A DNA stretch of 64,000 nucleotides. Source: Eledone cirrhosa. Its lineage: Eukaryota. How positions within the stretch are numbered: the stretch's first letter is position 1; each line of letters begins with the position of its first letter. Under the pieces are notes generated by a model that saw nothing but the letters and a program-made list of their open reading frames with translations, was not told the DNA's origin and did no database searches. The stretch lies in assembly GCA_964016885.1 (NCBI GenBank), contig OZ024743.1, positions 165,044,001 through 165,108,000 on the forward strand. Reading direction: 5' to 3'. Shown here in pieces: positions 25,940-38,116 of this stretch. The translations under genes were made by a program, and so were the position numbers.

Positions 25940-28900
25940 ACCAATCATAAGCCAGCGGCCTATGCTATCACTTCTCCTGGTTGCTTTTCGATATGATGGA
26001 TGGACTAAGGAATTTCTGGAGAGTCTGAAGAATCTGGACACTCGGAGACAATGCCAAAGATAACGACAAATTCACCTCATGCTGCCGGACGAAAGGGCAA
26101 GGACTCCTCTTTGTTTCGGCCGCGGATGGCCAACATAACCCCAACCCCATCCCCCTCAACCCTCCCCGCGCCCCACCCACCAAACGCAATCCAAAACTTC
26201 AGAGTTGGTACCATGAATGTAGGCACCTTAAAGGGCCGCTCTAACGAGGTTGTAGAAATGCTTTAACGAAAGGAGGTTGATGTTTGCTGTATCCAAGAGA
26301 CCAGGTGGAGGGGCGGGTCTGCTAGATTCATTGTGGGTAAAAAACGATGCTATAAGCTTTTCTGGGTGGGGTAGGAATCATGTTAGCAGAAAAATGGGTG
26401 GATAAGATAATAGACTTAATAGAGTGAATGACAGAATAATTAAAATAAGACTTGTTCTAAATAGAACTACTGTGACAGTAATATCTGTGTACACACCCCA
26501 ATCCGGACTGCCTGGCGCTATAAAGGACAGATTCTATGAGACACTGATGCTCACTACCTCCCAAATAACCGACAGTGACTATATAATTATTGCTGGTGAC
26601 CTAAATGGTCACGTTGGACAACATTGTGACGGCTATGACGGAATCCATGGGTTTGGTACTAGAAATGAGGAAGGCTCCAGAATCCTGGAATTCTGTGACG
26701 CAAATAACCTAACTATCTGTAACACTAACTTCAAAAAACGAGACAATCACTTGATCACCTACAGATCAGAGGAACATACCAGCCAGGTAGATTATATCCT
26801 TACCAGAAGACGTGACAGAGTGTCTGTTGTAAACACTAAATCCCTCCCCCATGAAGAATGCACCTCCCAACATAGACTCATAATTAGCGACCTCATAGTC
26901 AGGACGAGACGTACTCGACAACAGAAGAGGACTATCCTCAGGAGAAAAATATGGAAGCTAAAGAACCCCACAGCCAGTAATAAATTTAAAAGCATATTAC
27001 TTGACGCTTTCGACAGTAAGGAAGAGCGATTAGAGTTGTACAATATAGAGGAACAGTGGGAATTCCTGAAAGCAAACCTGCTGATGGCGGTAGATGAAGT
27101 CTGGCTGGAGCAGGCCTATAGGCAGGAGGAGAGTAACGTGGTGGTGGAACAGTAAGGTGGAGGAGTCAATTAAGACCAAAAAGCAGGCTTGGAAAGTATG
27201 GCAGGATGGGGGAAGTAGAGAAGACTATCAAGTGGCCAGGAGGGAAGCTAGGAGACAAGTGTACTTCGCAAGAAGGGAAGCAGAGGAAAGAAAGTTCAAG
27301 CATGTTCTACAACGCGAGGACCAAAAACGTGAGGTGTTCAGGATTGCTAGGCAATGTGTCAAGGAAAACCGTGATATTGTCGGGGAGAAGTGTGTCCTTA
27401 ATGATGATGGTGTACTTGCCATCACTGACACTGATAAGAAGGTAGCTTGGAAGTGTCACTACGAAAGGCTACTAAATGAGAATAAATGGGAGAAAGACAG
27501 TCTCCCCCACATCGACCCAATAGAGGGACCAGCAGTGTTAGTCGAAGGTAGTATAATAAGTAAGGCAATTAAAGATATGAAGACGGGTAAGGCGGCTGGG
27601 CCTTCAGAAATAGTTGCTGAAATGCTGAAAGCTTCTGGAACGGTGGGACACACCATGGTCACCCAGATAGTAAACCAAGTCATACAAAATGGGGTTGTTC
27701 CGAAGGACTGGCGTAGCAGCAGCATCATTAACTGCTACAAGGGTAAAGGAGATGCCCTAGATAGGGGTAACTATAGAGGCATTAAATTAATCGACCAGGT
27801 CATGAAGGTCACAGAAAAAGTAATAGCGCAACTAATCAGAGAGCGAATTGATCTAGATGAAATGCAGTTCGGGTTTGTGTCAAGTAAAAGTACCACAGAC
27901 ACTCTTTTCATTGTACGACAACTACAGAAGTACCTACCTAAAAGTAAACCCCTATACTTAGCTTTTGTTGACTTGGAGAAAGCCTTTGACAGAGTCCCCC
28001 GTTCCATTATCTGGTGGGCTCTTAGAAAACTAGGTGTTGATGAATGGCTTGTGAGAGCTATACAAGCCATGTATAAAGAAACAGTGAGCAAGGTTAGAAT
28101 TAACAACGAATATAGTGAAGAGTTTAGCATAAAAGTTGGTGTTCATCAGGGCTCCGTTCTTAGCCCCCTACTATTTATTATTGCCCTTCAGGCTATAATA
28201 GTGGAGTTCAAGACCGGCTGCCCATGGGAACTCCTATACGCAGATGATCTAACGCTCATAGCTGAATCAATGGCTGAACTAGAGAAGAAATTCCAAACAT
28301 GGAAGCAAGGCCTAGAATCAAAAGGCCTTAAAATTAACCTGTCTAAGACTAAAGTTCTAGTTTGTAGGAAGCAAAATAGGGCAGCGGTCCCATCCGGGAA
28401 ATGGCCATGCTCAGTGTGTAGGAAAGGAGTAGGTAGAAACTCCATTTTATGTCCCAAATGCAAAGTATGGGTGCATAAAAGGTGTAGTGGGATCACAGGT
28501 AAGCTAACTAAGAATATAGATTTTATATGTGACCGGTGCTCTGGTGCAATAAGTAGCAGCAAGTGCCCACAGAATACTAGCTCATTCCATTGCACAGATG
28601 GTTCTATAGAAATAGTGGACACCTTCCGTTACTTGGGTAACAAAATCATCAGTGGTGGAGGGTGCTCTGAAAGTACAATAGCTAGAGTCAGAACTGGATG
28701 GAAAAAGTTCAGAGAGCTTATACCACTATTAGCCGCTAAAGGGTTCTCTCTAAAAATGAAAGGCAGACTGTATGATGCCTGCATACGAACAGCAATGTTA
28801 CATGGCAGTGAGACCTGGGCATTGTGTGCAGAGGATATACGCAGACTGGAGAGGAACAAAGCTTGCATGCTCCGCTGGATGTGTAATAGTAATATACGTG

Positions 28901-29542
28901 AACGGCAAAGCATAGACGAACTAAGGAAAAAATTAGAAATAAGAGGGATCAGATGTTGTTTACTTGAGAGAAGACTACGTTGGTATGGTCACGTGATGCG
29001 CATGAAAGACGACAGCTGTATAAAAAAGTCCAGGGCAATAAAAATAGATGGTAGCCATGGAGGCAGACCCAGAAAAACCTGGAACGACTTGATAAATTCC
29101 GAATGTCACTGGACCGAGATCTTTGGCGCTACACAGTAATACAGAAGACCCGCCTTACCTAAGTACAAAGTGAAACCTACTACAGTCAGTAGGCACCTCT
29201 AACAAAATACACCCCTGTCCCAGCACCCCCACCCCATCCACACCGCCCCTTTCAATGTAAAGTTATGTTGGTACCACAACATCCAGGCTGAAACAAATGA
29301 GGTTGTGTAGGTGTGACGACAAAAAAACAGTCCACGCTGTAATGTGGCCGTGTAGGTAACACGGTAAAAACCTCCCAGTCCCACACTGTAAATGTGGTTG
29401 GTGTTAGGAAGGGCATCCAGCTGTAGAAAACCCGCCAGACAGTCCTATGCGAGCAAGACAACCACTCTTGCCTCAAGTGGGAAAACTCCCGTCCAAACCC
29501 ATGCAAGCGTGGAACACGGACGTTAAACGATGATGATGATGA
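25940..29542 (+). mobile_element. Near full-length RTE-clade LINE (APE + RT with inserted Cys/His finger), disrupted
   Basis: APE motifs VGTMNV, CIQET, GDLNGHVG, QVDYIL, SQHR; RT motifs QFGF, FVDLEKAFD, GVHQGSVLSP, LLYADD; (GAT)n tail. Stops/frameshifts near 26264, 26372 and about 27100. 5' end approximate. Confidence 0.95.
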
Positions 29543-29550
29543 TTAGGCAT

Positions 29551-29734
29551 TGAATTGGCAGTATCGGAAGAGGGTTGGACGACATGCTTTCTAGCATAGT
29601 TACGTCCCTTTACAGTCTGAGTTCAAATCCCGCCGAGGTTAACTTTGCCTTTCATCCTTACGGGGTCGATAAAATAAAGTACCAGTAATGTACTGGGTAA
29701 TTGCTGGCCTTGTGCCTAAAGTAGAAACAATTAT
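29551..29734 (+). mobile_element. SINE family 1 inserted at the RTE tail, TSD attaggcat
   Basis: TSD at 29542-29550 and 29735-29743. Confidence 0.9.
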
Positions 29735-29859
29735 ATTAGGCATACAGTAATGAATGCAGTTTAATTTCTACCTTGATTTTAACTATATTCTATGTATTAT
29801 GAAGCTGAACTCACATCATGTGTAATTAATACCACTACCCACGAGTATTATCTCTGACA

Positions 29860-30053
29860 TAATTGTTTCTACTTTTGGCATAAGGTCAGCAATTATGCCA
29901 GTGCATTACTGGTACTTTATTTTATCGACCCCGTAAGGATGAAAAGCAAAGTTAACCCCGGCGGGATTTGAACTCAGACCGTAAAGGGACATAACTCTGT
30001 ACTGCAATGCATGGCATCCGACCCTCTACCAATACTGCTAATCCACCGCCCTG
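29860..30053 (-). mobile_element. SINE family 1 (more diverged)
   Basis: Reverse complement copy; flanking ctgacataat/ctgatataat. Confidence 0.88.
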
Positions 30054-30504
30054 ATATAATGCCATTGTCAGTAACTGTTTTATTCCTCCTTACATCTTAG
30101 ATGCTGCATCAGAGATGGAGGTCACTGCATTCAGAGGTGAACAGAATAAACTGTTGAAATACCATGAATTACATTTTCCAGCTAGTAGCATTCAAGATGT
30201 TCAGGTGAGCTGGATTGCTAACAAAGTTTGGTCATAATTGCTGATTCCTCTTACTAAGTATTAGGTGATGCTCATGAAGGCACTTTGCTATTCCATCACC
30301 TGCAGTAATACATTGAGGGTCTTGACATACCTCAAAAGGCCACACGAGTATCCTCCATTGTAGACTGTAATTAAGTGTGTATATCTTCTTTCCGACTCTT
30401 TGTTGATTTGTTTATTTGTAAACCATAAACAATATAAATTAGTATACTTTAATTTCCAAGTATAAAATCTTTGATGAAAATCAATTAACTTTTAGATTAT
30501 ATAC

Positions 30505-30990
30505 ATGGTAAGCTTCCATGCTTCGATGGATGTGTAATAGTAATATAAACAAACAGCAAAGCATAAATGAACTGAGAGAGAAATCAAGCATAAGAGGGAT
30601 CAGATGCAGGAGAGGAGATTGTGTTGGTATGGACATGTGATGCATATGAAGGATAACAGCTGTATGAAAAGCTGCAGAGTGCTCAAAGTTGATGGAAGCC
30701 ATGGAATGGGTAGGCCTAGGAAGACTTGGGATGAGGTGATAAAAGCTGACCTCGCACAATTGCACTTCTCAAAAACGATGACACAGGGCTGTGACTTCTG
30801 GTGCTATGCAGTACACACTGTAAATGTGGTTGGTGTTAGGAAGGGCATCCAGCTGTAGAAACCAAGCCAAAATCAGTTCTGTGTGAGCAAAACATGGTCC
30901 TCTGACTTCGCTGTCTCACAACGGGACAGCATGTCTAACCCATGCTAGCATTGAAAATGTTCATTAAACGATGATGATGATGATGATGGT
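30505..30990 (+). mobile_element. 3' fragment of the same RTE family as 25940-29542
   Basis: ERRLCWYGHVMHMKD...GRPRKTW plus shared 3' UTR and (GAT)n tail. Confidence 0.9.
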
Positions 30991-31354
30991 GACTTAGAGG
31001 TGCCATATTGGCATGCTGTGTTTCTTGGGTATTTTAAGCCTAGTGGAACCCAACCCTCTCCAGGCCTAAGTACAGCAGATTTCTTCCAGAGAAGGATAGA
31101 GAGCGAGAGAAATAAAGTAAGAAAGAGATATAGAGGAAGAATCGACCCCAGTACTAGAATGATACTTTTTTATCGACCTCGAAATAATGAAAGGCCAAGT
31201 TGACCATCAGCGGGATTTGAACTTAGAGAACAAACACCATAAAGTACTCTATCCAATGTTCTAATGACTCTGCCAAATAAACAAGTTCAAAACAGATAAA
31301 ACGCATAGTCTATGTTTTTGTTAATAAAAATTATACACTTATCTCTCTAATCTG

Positions 31355-31355
<1 letters not shown>

Positions 31356-31426
<71 letters not shown>
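31356..31426. repeat. (CT)n(TA)n microsatellite
   Basis: Directly visible. Confidence 0.95.
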
Positions 31427-32049
31427 AGCAGAATGGATATTCAATTTGTTGGTAATTCAACAAATATAAATGTTTATAACTGATTCAGAGCACTCAACAA
31501 GTTTTCTGGAGTATAATATTCAATGATATTAAATAATTTTTTTAAGTAAAATACAAAATCAACATCCTTCGTAACTCATATTAGAAATATAAATAACTAA
31601 TAATTGTAAATTATTTCTATTTCTATAATACTAATACATACGCAATTTTTAATCTATATAGATATTTATATACATATAACCTATTGTAATGTAAATAGAA
31701 TAAAAATACTTACAACCATAATTCTTCATATAATCTAATTGATTAATACAATATTATAACTCATAATATAGGTAAATTATTTTTTTCCACCAAATTGACA
31801 TAAATGCTAGCTCTTCTTCCTTTCTCTTCTTTCATACGCATACAATAACTTATCACAATTATTTAAGTTTTCCATAGCGTCTAAAATAACGGGGTTTTTT
31901 TCAGCCCTTTACCTAAACCTCATTTGCATACTCATCTTAATAATTTGAAATATCTGACTTTTCTTCTCTTATCCCTTCACTATCCAAGGAAAACTTGAAC
32001 CGTTAAGGTATTTTCCTTGGTTATGTCAAAATTTATAAAACACACTTCG

Positions 32050-32109
32050 TATTTTATCTGATGATAGCGTATCAAATTTTGGTACCCTTGAAATATATAT
32101 AATAGAATA
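32050..32109 (+). ncRNA. Minimal type I hammerhead ribozyme motif (Penelope-associated)
   Basis: tattttat-CTGATGA-t-agcgtatcaaa/ttggtaccct-t-GAAA-tatata-TA-atagaata: stem I, core, stem II, palindromic stem III. Confidence 0.6.
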
Positions 32110-32204
32110 AATATGGTTTTATAAATATAGTTTCCATTTATTTAATATCATTGTATATATATACAAAATATAGAACAATCAAATTTTAGTTTAATACATT
32201 TAAT

Positions 32205-32251
32205 TGCTGACAATTGTTTCTTCCAGACGAATGTCTGGAATCATCGGAGCA
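32205..32251 (-). ncRNA. Minimal type I hammerhead ribozyme motif, antisense, core variant CCGAUGA
   Basis: Minus strand: tgct-CCGATGA-ttccagac-attc-gtctggaa-GAAA-caattg-TC-agca. Confidence 0.6.
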
Positions 32252-32399
32252 TACACAATGTTTAAACAAGTAATTATAATCCTAGTCTTCAGAACATTGA
32301 TAAAGATAACATAACTATTGATATACATAACTTATTTCACATAATATGGCCATGAATAAAATTAAATATACTCATAGTATTGAAGATCCTGACTCCAAT

Positions 32400-33410
32400 A
32401 CCGAGGGTATCAACAAAAGTTAACTCGCACCACAACAATAATCCTAGGAAAAACCACAAAGAAAAATTATGTTAAAAACAAAAATATAAATAATATTGTA
32501 CCTAACACCACATGAAATAATATAGTTAATTACAATAACATAAATATAAATAAAAATCATAAGAAGAATAGAAGTAATACATTTTTTAATCCTCCTTTCA
32601 ACTTAAATGTCTTCACCAACATACTTAAAGCTTTCTTCTCAATTATAGATAAAAACTTCCCCATTAACCATAAATACCATAACCTATTTAACAAAAATAC
32701 TATTAAAATCTCTTACTCTACCACACCTAACATTGCGGACCATATAGCTAACAGTAACAAGAAGATTAATAAATACTTCAAATTACACCAAGTTAATAAT
32801 GTCCAACATAGAAATAACCTTAATAATAACTCAATACAGGACTATATTGCAAGTAATAGAAATAATACTAATAATAATGACATTAATACTTACCATAATC
32901 TTAATACTAGAAGTATAAACAGTAATAACTGTTCAATATCATACCCGCTTAACCAAAATACTATTAACCATAACAGTTGTAATTGTAGACCTAATAGAAC
33001 TTGCCCATTAAGTAATAATTGCCTTATTAAAGACATTATCTACTCCTGTACTGTCACTGCTAATCAAATTTTGAAAGTTTATATAGGTTCAACATCGAAT
33101 AGTTTTAAGGCCAGATATAACTGGCACCTTCATTCGTTTAGAAACCCTAGACTTAGTAATGCCACTTCACTATTTATCTACCTACATACACTCATTAAAA
33201 ACAAATAGTATACCATATACCCTAGAATGGGAAGTGATAGCTAAGACCTCTTCTTATAAACCACCTCACAAACTCTGTAACCTTTGCCTCCTTGAGTCTC
33301 GTACTATTATGCATTCAAATCTCAACCTACTAAATAGAAAATCAGAAATTTTCTCCACGTGTCCACATTATCACAGATATTCTTCCTACTATTTCAAACC
33401 AAATAGCTAA
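32400..33410 (+). mobile_element. Penelope-like element fragment: linker and GIY-YIG endonuclease, no RT in window
   Basis: Open frame 32516 to about 33170: KKNRSNTFFNPPF...NTIKISYS...CNCRPNRTCPLSNNCL...IIYSC...VYIGSTSNSFKARYNWH; after a frameshift KLCNLCLLES...LLNRKSE..CPH. Confidence 0.88.
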
Positions 33411-33714
33411 TATATAACAATGTTGGATATATTACTATATTACTACTACCTTTAAGTTTATTTCATTCGCTTTTTGTAACTATATAACTACACCTTTAAC
33501 TTTAACAAACCACACCACCCTATATCCTATCTAATATCCTTTTCTCTTATTTAATTATCATATCACCATAACATACATATATATTAATAAACTCCTTCCT
33601 ATATCTCATATCTAATACAATTCATATTTTTCTTCATAACCAAATAAATAAACAATTTAGGCACCCTACTATGCTCTCCATCCTTACTACTAAAATAATA
33701 TATAACACTAATTA

Positions 33715-33965
33715 AATAGCTGACAAGGTATTAAAGGAACAAAGAAACAAAGTATGAAATCATATTGCAACTACAAGATATGTTACATAGAAGAAGATAT
33801 ATTAGAGAAAATGCACCTGTAGAAGAACTCACAATACTGATGAATGCTGATAGGAGACCACCAGGAGAGCATTCATGTTGTTATAATGCATCTGAATGTA
33901 ATGAAGTTGTTATTGTAATATCTGGAGAAGAGCATGGTGAACGTGACATAATCCTTCATAGTTAT
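33715..33965 (+). mobile_element. Helitron RepHel coding fragment
   Basis: ADRRPPGEH..YNA..CNEV.IVI.G...RDIILH resembles the pre-Rep region of Helitron RepHel proteins. Confidence 0.65.
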
Positions 33966-33974
33966 CAACAGTAC

Positions 33975-34975
33975 AAAAGTGGGCACCTGGATTTAGGAGG
34001 GGAAGGGAGAGTCTTGAAGATGACCCAAGGTATGGACGTCCTACAACTGCCACTACTGAGGAAAACATTGATCGTGTTCACCACATGGTGATGGATGACT
34101 GGCGATTGACTATAAATCATCATCATCATCGTTTAACATCTATCTTCCATGCTAACATCATATAGCCAATGCTATTAACATATCCCATATGAGAGTCGAG
34201 AATATTCTGTGCAATGAACTTGGTATAATGAAGGTTTCTGCTCAGTGGGTATCATGTCTTCTAACACTTGATCAAAAGCACACCAGGCTGATCACATCAT
34301 AGGAAAATCTGACATTGTTTGAGGGAAATCCAACTGGTTTCCTTGATTGTAATCCAGGATGAATGGATGAATGTCAGAGACAAAGAGACAATCCATGCAG
34401 TGGAAACATCATTCCTCACTTGCTCCAAAGAAGGCCATGGTCGTTTGATCTGCAGAGAAGGTGGTGGCCTCAGTTTTTTGGGGAGATGCGAAAGGCTTTA
34501 TGCTTATTGACTATCTTCAAAAGAGCCACACCATCAATGGAGAGTACTATGCCAACTTGCTGAGACAGTTATGAAAAGCTATCAAGACCAAACGCCCAGG
34601 AAAACTGATGAAAGAGGTCTTGTTTCTTCAGGACAATATTCCAGTACACAAGTCCTTGGTTTCAATGGCTGCTGTGTGTAACTGTAGCTTTGAACTGGTT
34701 GATCACTCTCCCTATTCTCCTGATTTGGCCCCATCTGATTATTATCTGTTCCCTAACATGAAAAAACAATTGGCTAGGAAGCAGTGTCATAGCTGTTCAT
34801 GACTTTTTGGACACCAACAGAATGAAAGTTTCTTCACCAACAGGAGCCAAGCACTGCAACAACCATAGAAGAAGTGTATGGACTGTAAGGGAGACTATGT
34901 TAAAAAATAACCTTTATTTGGTCATATTCAATGAGAGTTTCTTGGTCAGCCTATGAACTTTTGAGCGAACCCTCG
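33975..34975 (+). mobile_element. 5'-truncated mariner relic, same family as 15925-19185
   Basis: LQDN..VH, HSPYSPDLAPSDYYLF; right TIR gtcagcctatgaacttttgagcgaaccctcg|TA. Confidence 0.9.
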
Positions 34976-35229
34976 TAAGTTGACCCTCCAAGCTAATGGA
35001 ATGTACATTCCTGGTATGGCGCTGTTGTAAGGACTGGCCTTAATAATTATAAATATATGTGTGTGTGTATGTATGTAAAATGTCACTCTCTCTCTCCTCT
35101 GTGAAGTGGTGAAACATTAAACACCCAAGCAAAGCTCTCCTTCCAGTTGGAGCAATGAAGATTTAAACTGTATATGAAACATCTAATTTGTGTCTTCAAC
35201 GCTCTGATGACCTAATCTTTGAGAGACTC

Positions 35230-36240
35230 GAGTGCTTGGTTAATGTCAGACTCTCTTTAGAGTCCCGTGATCAGGCTGCATTGCCCAAGTAACTTGGGGA
35301 TCTTGGTCTTCGTCCCTCTCTCTCCCTTGCTTCCTTTCCTCCACCCTGGTGAGCAACATCCTCTCATCTCCAACATGGACTAATTCCAATAGGGAGTTGG
35401 ATGAAGCTCTCCAACAATGGAGTGAGTTGGACTTGTCTGTTGCTAACAAGGTGGAGGACAGTCGAAGTCAGAGAGCTTGGGACAGCATAAGTTTGAAGGC
35501 ACCTTCGACTCCCTCTTCGACCAGTCGGATCAGTTTTTAAGGTGCTGCTTACTGGCTGCCAGTGCTAAATACTCAGGTGACTGGGTTGATACCCTACCCG
35601 TGGCTTAACGTTGGTGGCCTACTCAGCTTGAACGAACTTCATGTCTCCATTGCCCTCAGAGTAGGAGCTTGCATCTGTATGGGTTTGAGGTGCCGATGTG
35701 GTGAACTCCTTGACTCCACGGTCTTTCTTGCCGCCTGAATGCTGGTCGTTTCGTGTGTCACATGGAGTTAAACCCTATTCTCAAGAGAGCCTTGACCCGG
35801 GCAAACATCTCCTCAATCTTGGAACCATCTGGGCTGTCCAGAAGAGATAGGAAAAGACCTGACGGCCTTACCATGTGCCCCTGGTAGAGAAGCAAATGCC
35901 TTGTCTGGTTTGTCACAGTTAGTGACTCGTTTGCTTCTTCCCACATCCTGGATGCTGCAATTAGGGCAAGAGCCAGTTTCCACAGCTGAATGGAACAAAA
36001 TCCTAAAATACCATGATCTGTTGGCCAACTAGATTTTCCAGCCTGTGGCGTTTGAGACGTTTGGAGGAGTCGGGCTACCGACTGCGAGATTCCTATCTTC
36101 ACTGGTGGCTTTCCTAACAGAGGTAACTGGGGAAGCTCGTGAGGGCGCTTGGTTGTTCCAGCGCATCAGCCTCGCCATCACCCGATATAACGCTGCAAGC
36201 ATGCTGGCTTGCCTCAAAAATCATTAGAGAGGTTTCCCAG
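35230..36240 (+). mobile_element. CRE-like non-LTR retrotransposon 3' relic (restriction-like endonuclease)
   Basis: RH.ELN.I.KRAL, EPSGLSR.D.KRPDG, PVAFETFGG, WLFQRISLAITRYNAAS motifs in broken frames. Confidence 0.75.
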
Positions 36241-36633
36241 TGCTCCTCGCGATACTGTTATCTTTTACTCTGGTAGCAGCTCAGTTGTCCACTCCTTTCA
36301 CCTGCCTTTTGTTGTATGTGGTTCCAGATGTTTTTTTTCTTTCTTTTCTTCTTTTTTTTTCAGTATTCAGCCCCTAGTTGTCATTGTCATTTCTTCCAGT
36401 CAAAAAATAGAACATATGTTCTTATTTGGAAATGTAAAGCTCTTTGCAAGGGTACTCAGTGAGCTTTGTTTTCATTCCGATTTGAAACTAATTGACTACA
36501 CTTCAAAAAGATATATACAAAACAGAATTACAATCAAATTTCCTAGAAATTCACGGTCTTGTGGCTGAATAAAAAACCTTTATAGCTGACAATATAAACA
36601 AAAATGAGCCGGAAAGAAAAAAAGAAAATACAT

Positions 36634-36968
36634 GCACATGGCTTAGTGGTTAGAGCATTGGCCTTGCAATCGAAAGGTTGTGAGTTCAATTCTCAGACCG
36701 GGTGATGTGTTGTTTCCTTGAGCAAGACACTTTATTTTACATTGCTCCAGTTTACTCAGCTGTAGAAATGAGATGATAGGGACTGGAGTCCATATCATTC
36801 ACTGCAAAGTGGTCGTGGAGGTGCCATGGCAAAAAAGCACCCAGCACTCACTGTAAAATGGGATTGGTGTTAGGAAGGGCATCCAGCTGTAGAAATCAAG
36901 CCAAAATCAGTTCCCGTCCCACCCTTGCAAGCAGGGAAAAAGAGGACGTAAAATGAAATGATGATGAC
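36634..36968 (+). mobile_element. Composite SINE family 2: tRNA head, CORE-like domain, RTE-type 3' tail
   Basis: tggcttagtggttagagc...gagttcaattc; ccttgagcaagacactt; ggtgttaggaagggcatccagctgtagaaa...ggacgtaaaatg..(atg)n. Confidence 0.75.
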
Positions 36969-37770
36969 TTCCTCAATTACACTCTATAGTAAGGAGGCTG
37001 ATGTTGCTCTCTAAATATTTTGGCAGTCATCCAAAATACGATAGTATAGCGAGTAATGGCGAGGCTGAGGCGTTAGAAGAGTCAAGTCACCCTCATGAGC
37101 ATCACCTAATACTTTCATTAAGATCTGTTAATTATGGTAAACATATCGTTGTTAGCGACCCAGCTCCTTTGACGTTTCCTATGTCACGGACTAAAATATG
37201 TAATTCACCGGCAAATTACGGTATTTCTGTAACTCATTTCGTTCGGCTGCAGATGCGCTAGCATCTAGAATGTGTGATGGGTGGAAAGAGTTACTAGCAG
37301 TGGAGACTCATATGAAACTTCTCTTTGGCATCTTCCAATAAATCCCGGACAATTCAAATATCTCCAGAAATGAGAGAATATTAATTTTGGTTAAGTTTTA
37401 TATCCATATTCAATTCGGTGTGGCAAAGGAGCTAATTTCATGTTTATTTCACACATTTATACTGCAAATCCTTTTGGGAAAGGCATGAACGTCACAATAT
37501 CCTAAAGTTCAACAAATATGAGGGTTTGTGTCTAGTTAAGAGAAATCATTATACACACTCATATATATATATATATATATATACATACGTTTATTTGTAT
37601 TCATTGTTTCACATAGAAGTAGGCGTACATAAGTCGAACTTAAAAACATGCACGAATAAAGTAAAACGAAGCAAGCTTTTACGAAGGAAATTCCTAGTGT
37701 ATTCAAAACATATATTTAGGTTGTAAAATAAAGCTGAACTCGAAAAATATATACTATTGTATATCCTTAC

Positions 37771-37820
37771 CACTTCAAAGTCCGTAATGAATGGATAATA
37801 ATTTTGTCAACTTCTTCCAT
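37771..37820 (-). CDS. CCDC22: CCDC22 coding exon 1 (MEEVDKIIIHSLRTLK-C)
   Basis: Reverse strand reads ATG GAA GAA GTT GAC AAA ATT ATT ATC CAT TCA TTA CGG ACT TTG AAG TG|gtaag. Resembles the CCDC22 N-terminus (human MEEADRILIHSLRQ, from memory). 50 nt, phase 2. Confidence 0.92.
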
Positions 37821-38018
37821 TTTAGACAGACGATCATGTGATAGTTAAGGAAAAAATAACTTGGACTGTCAACAATAACAAATATTTTATTTATAAACTA
37901 ACTTTTTTTACTTAAAATATCGAAGTTAATAAATAAACATATTTAAATATTTTTCCAAATACATTATAGTTAAGAATAGTATAACCTAATAAATTTCATT
38001 AGAAAAAAATATATATTT

Positions 38019-38059
38019 ATATTTACATGCAGAGTCGCTTGATTATTTGCTGCTGAACG

Positions 38060-38116
<57 letters not shown>

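Noticed and set aside
32513-32515. In-frame TGA in the Penelope-like frame as possible selenocysteine
   Set aside because: It lies in a low-complexity linker, not at a Cys position, and I identified no SECIS; more likely decay.
36634-36712. tRNA-like sequence
   Set aside because: Runs directly into a SINE body and tail, and the acceptor stem is not convincing: a SINE head, not a tRNA gene.
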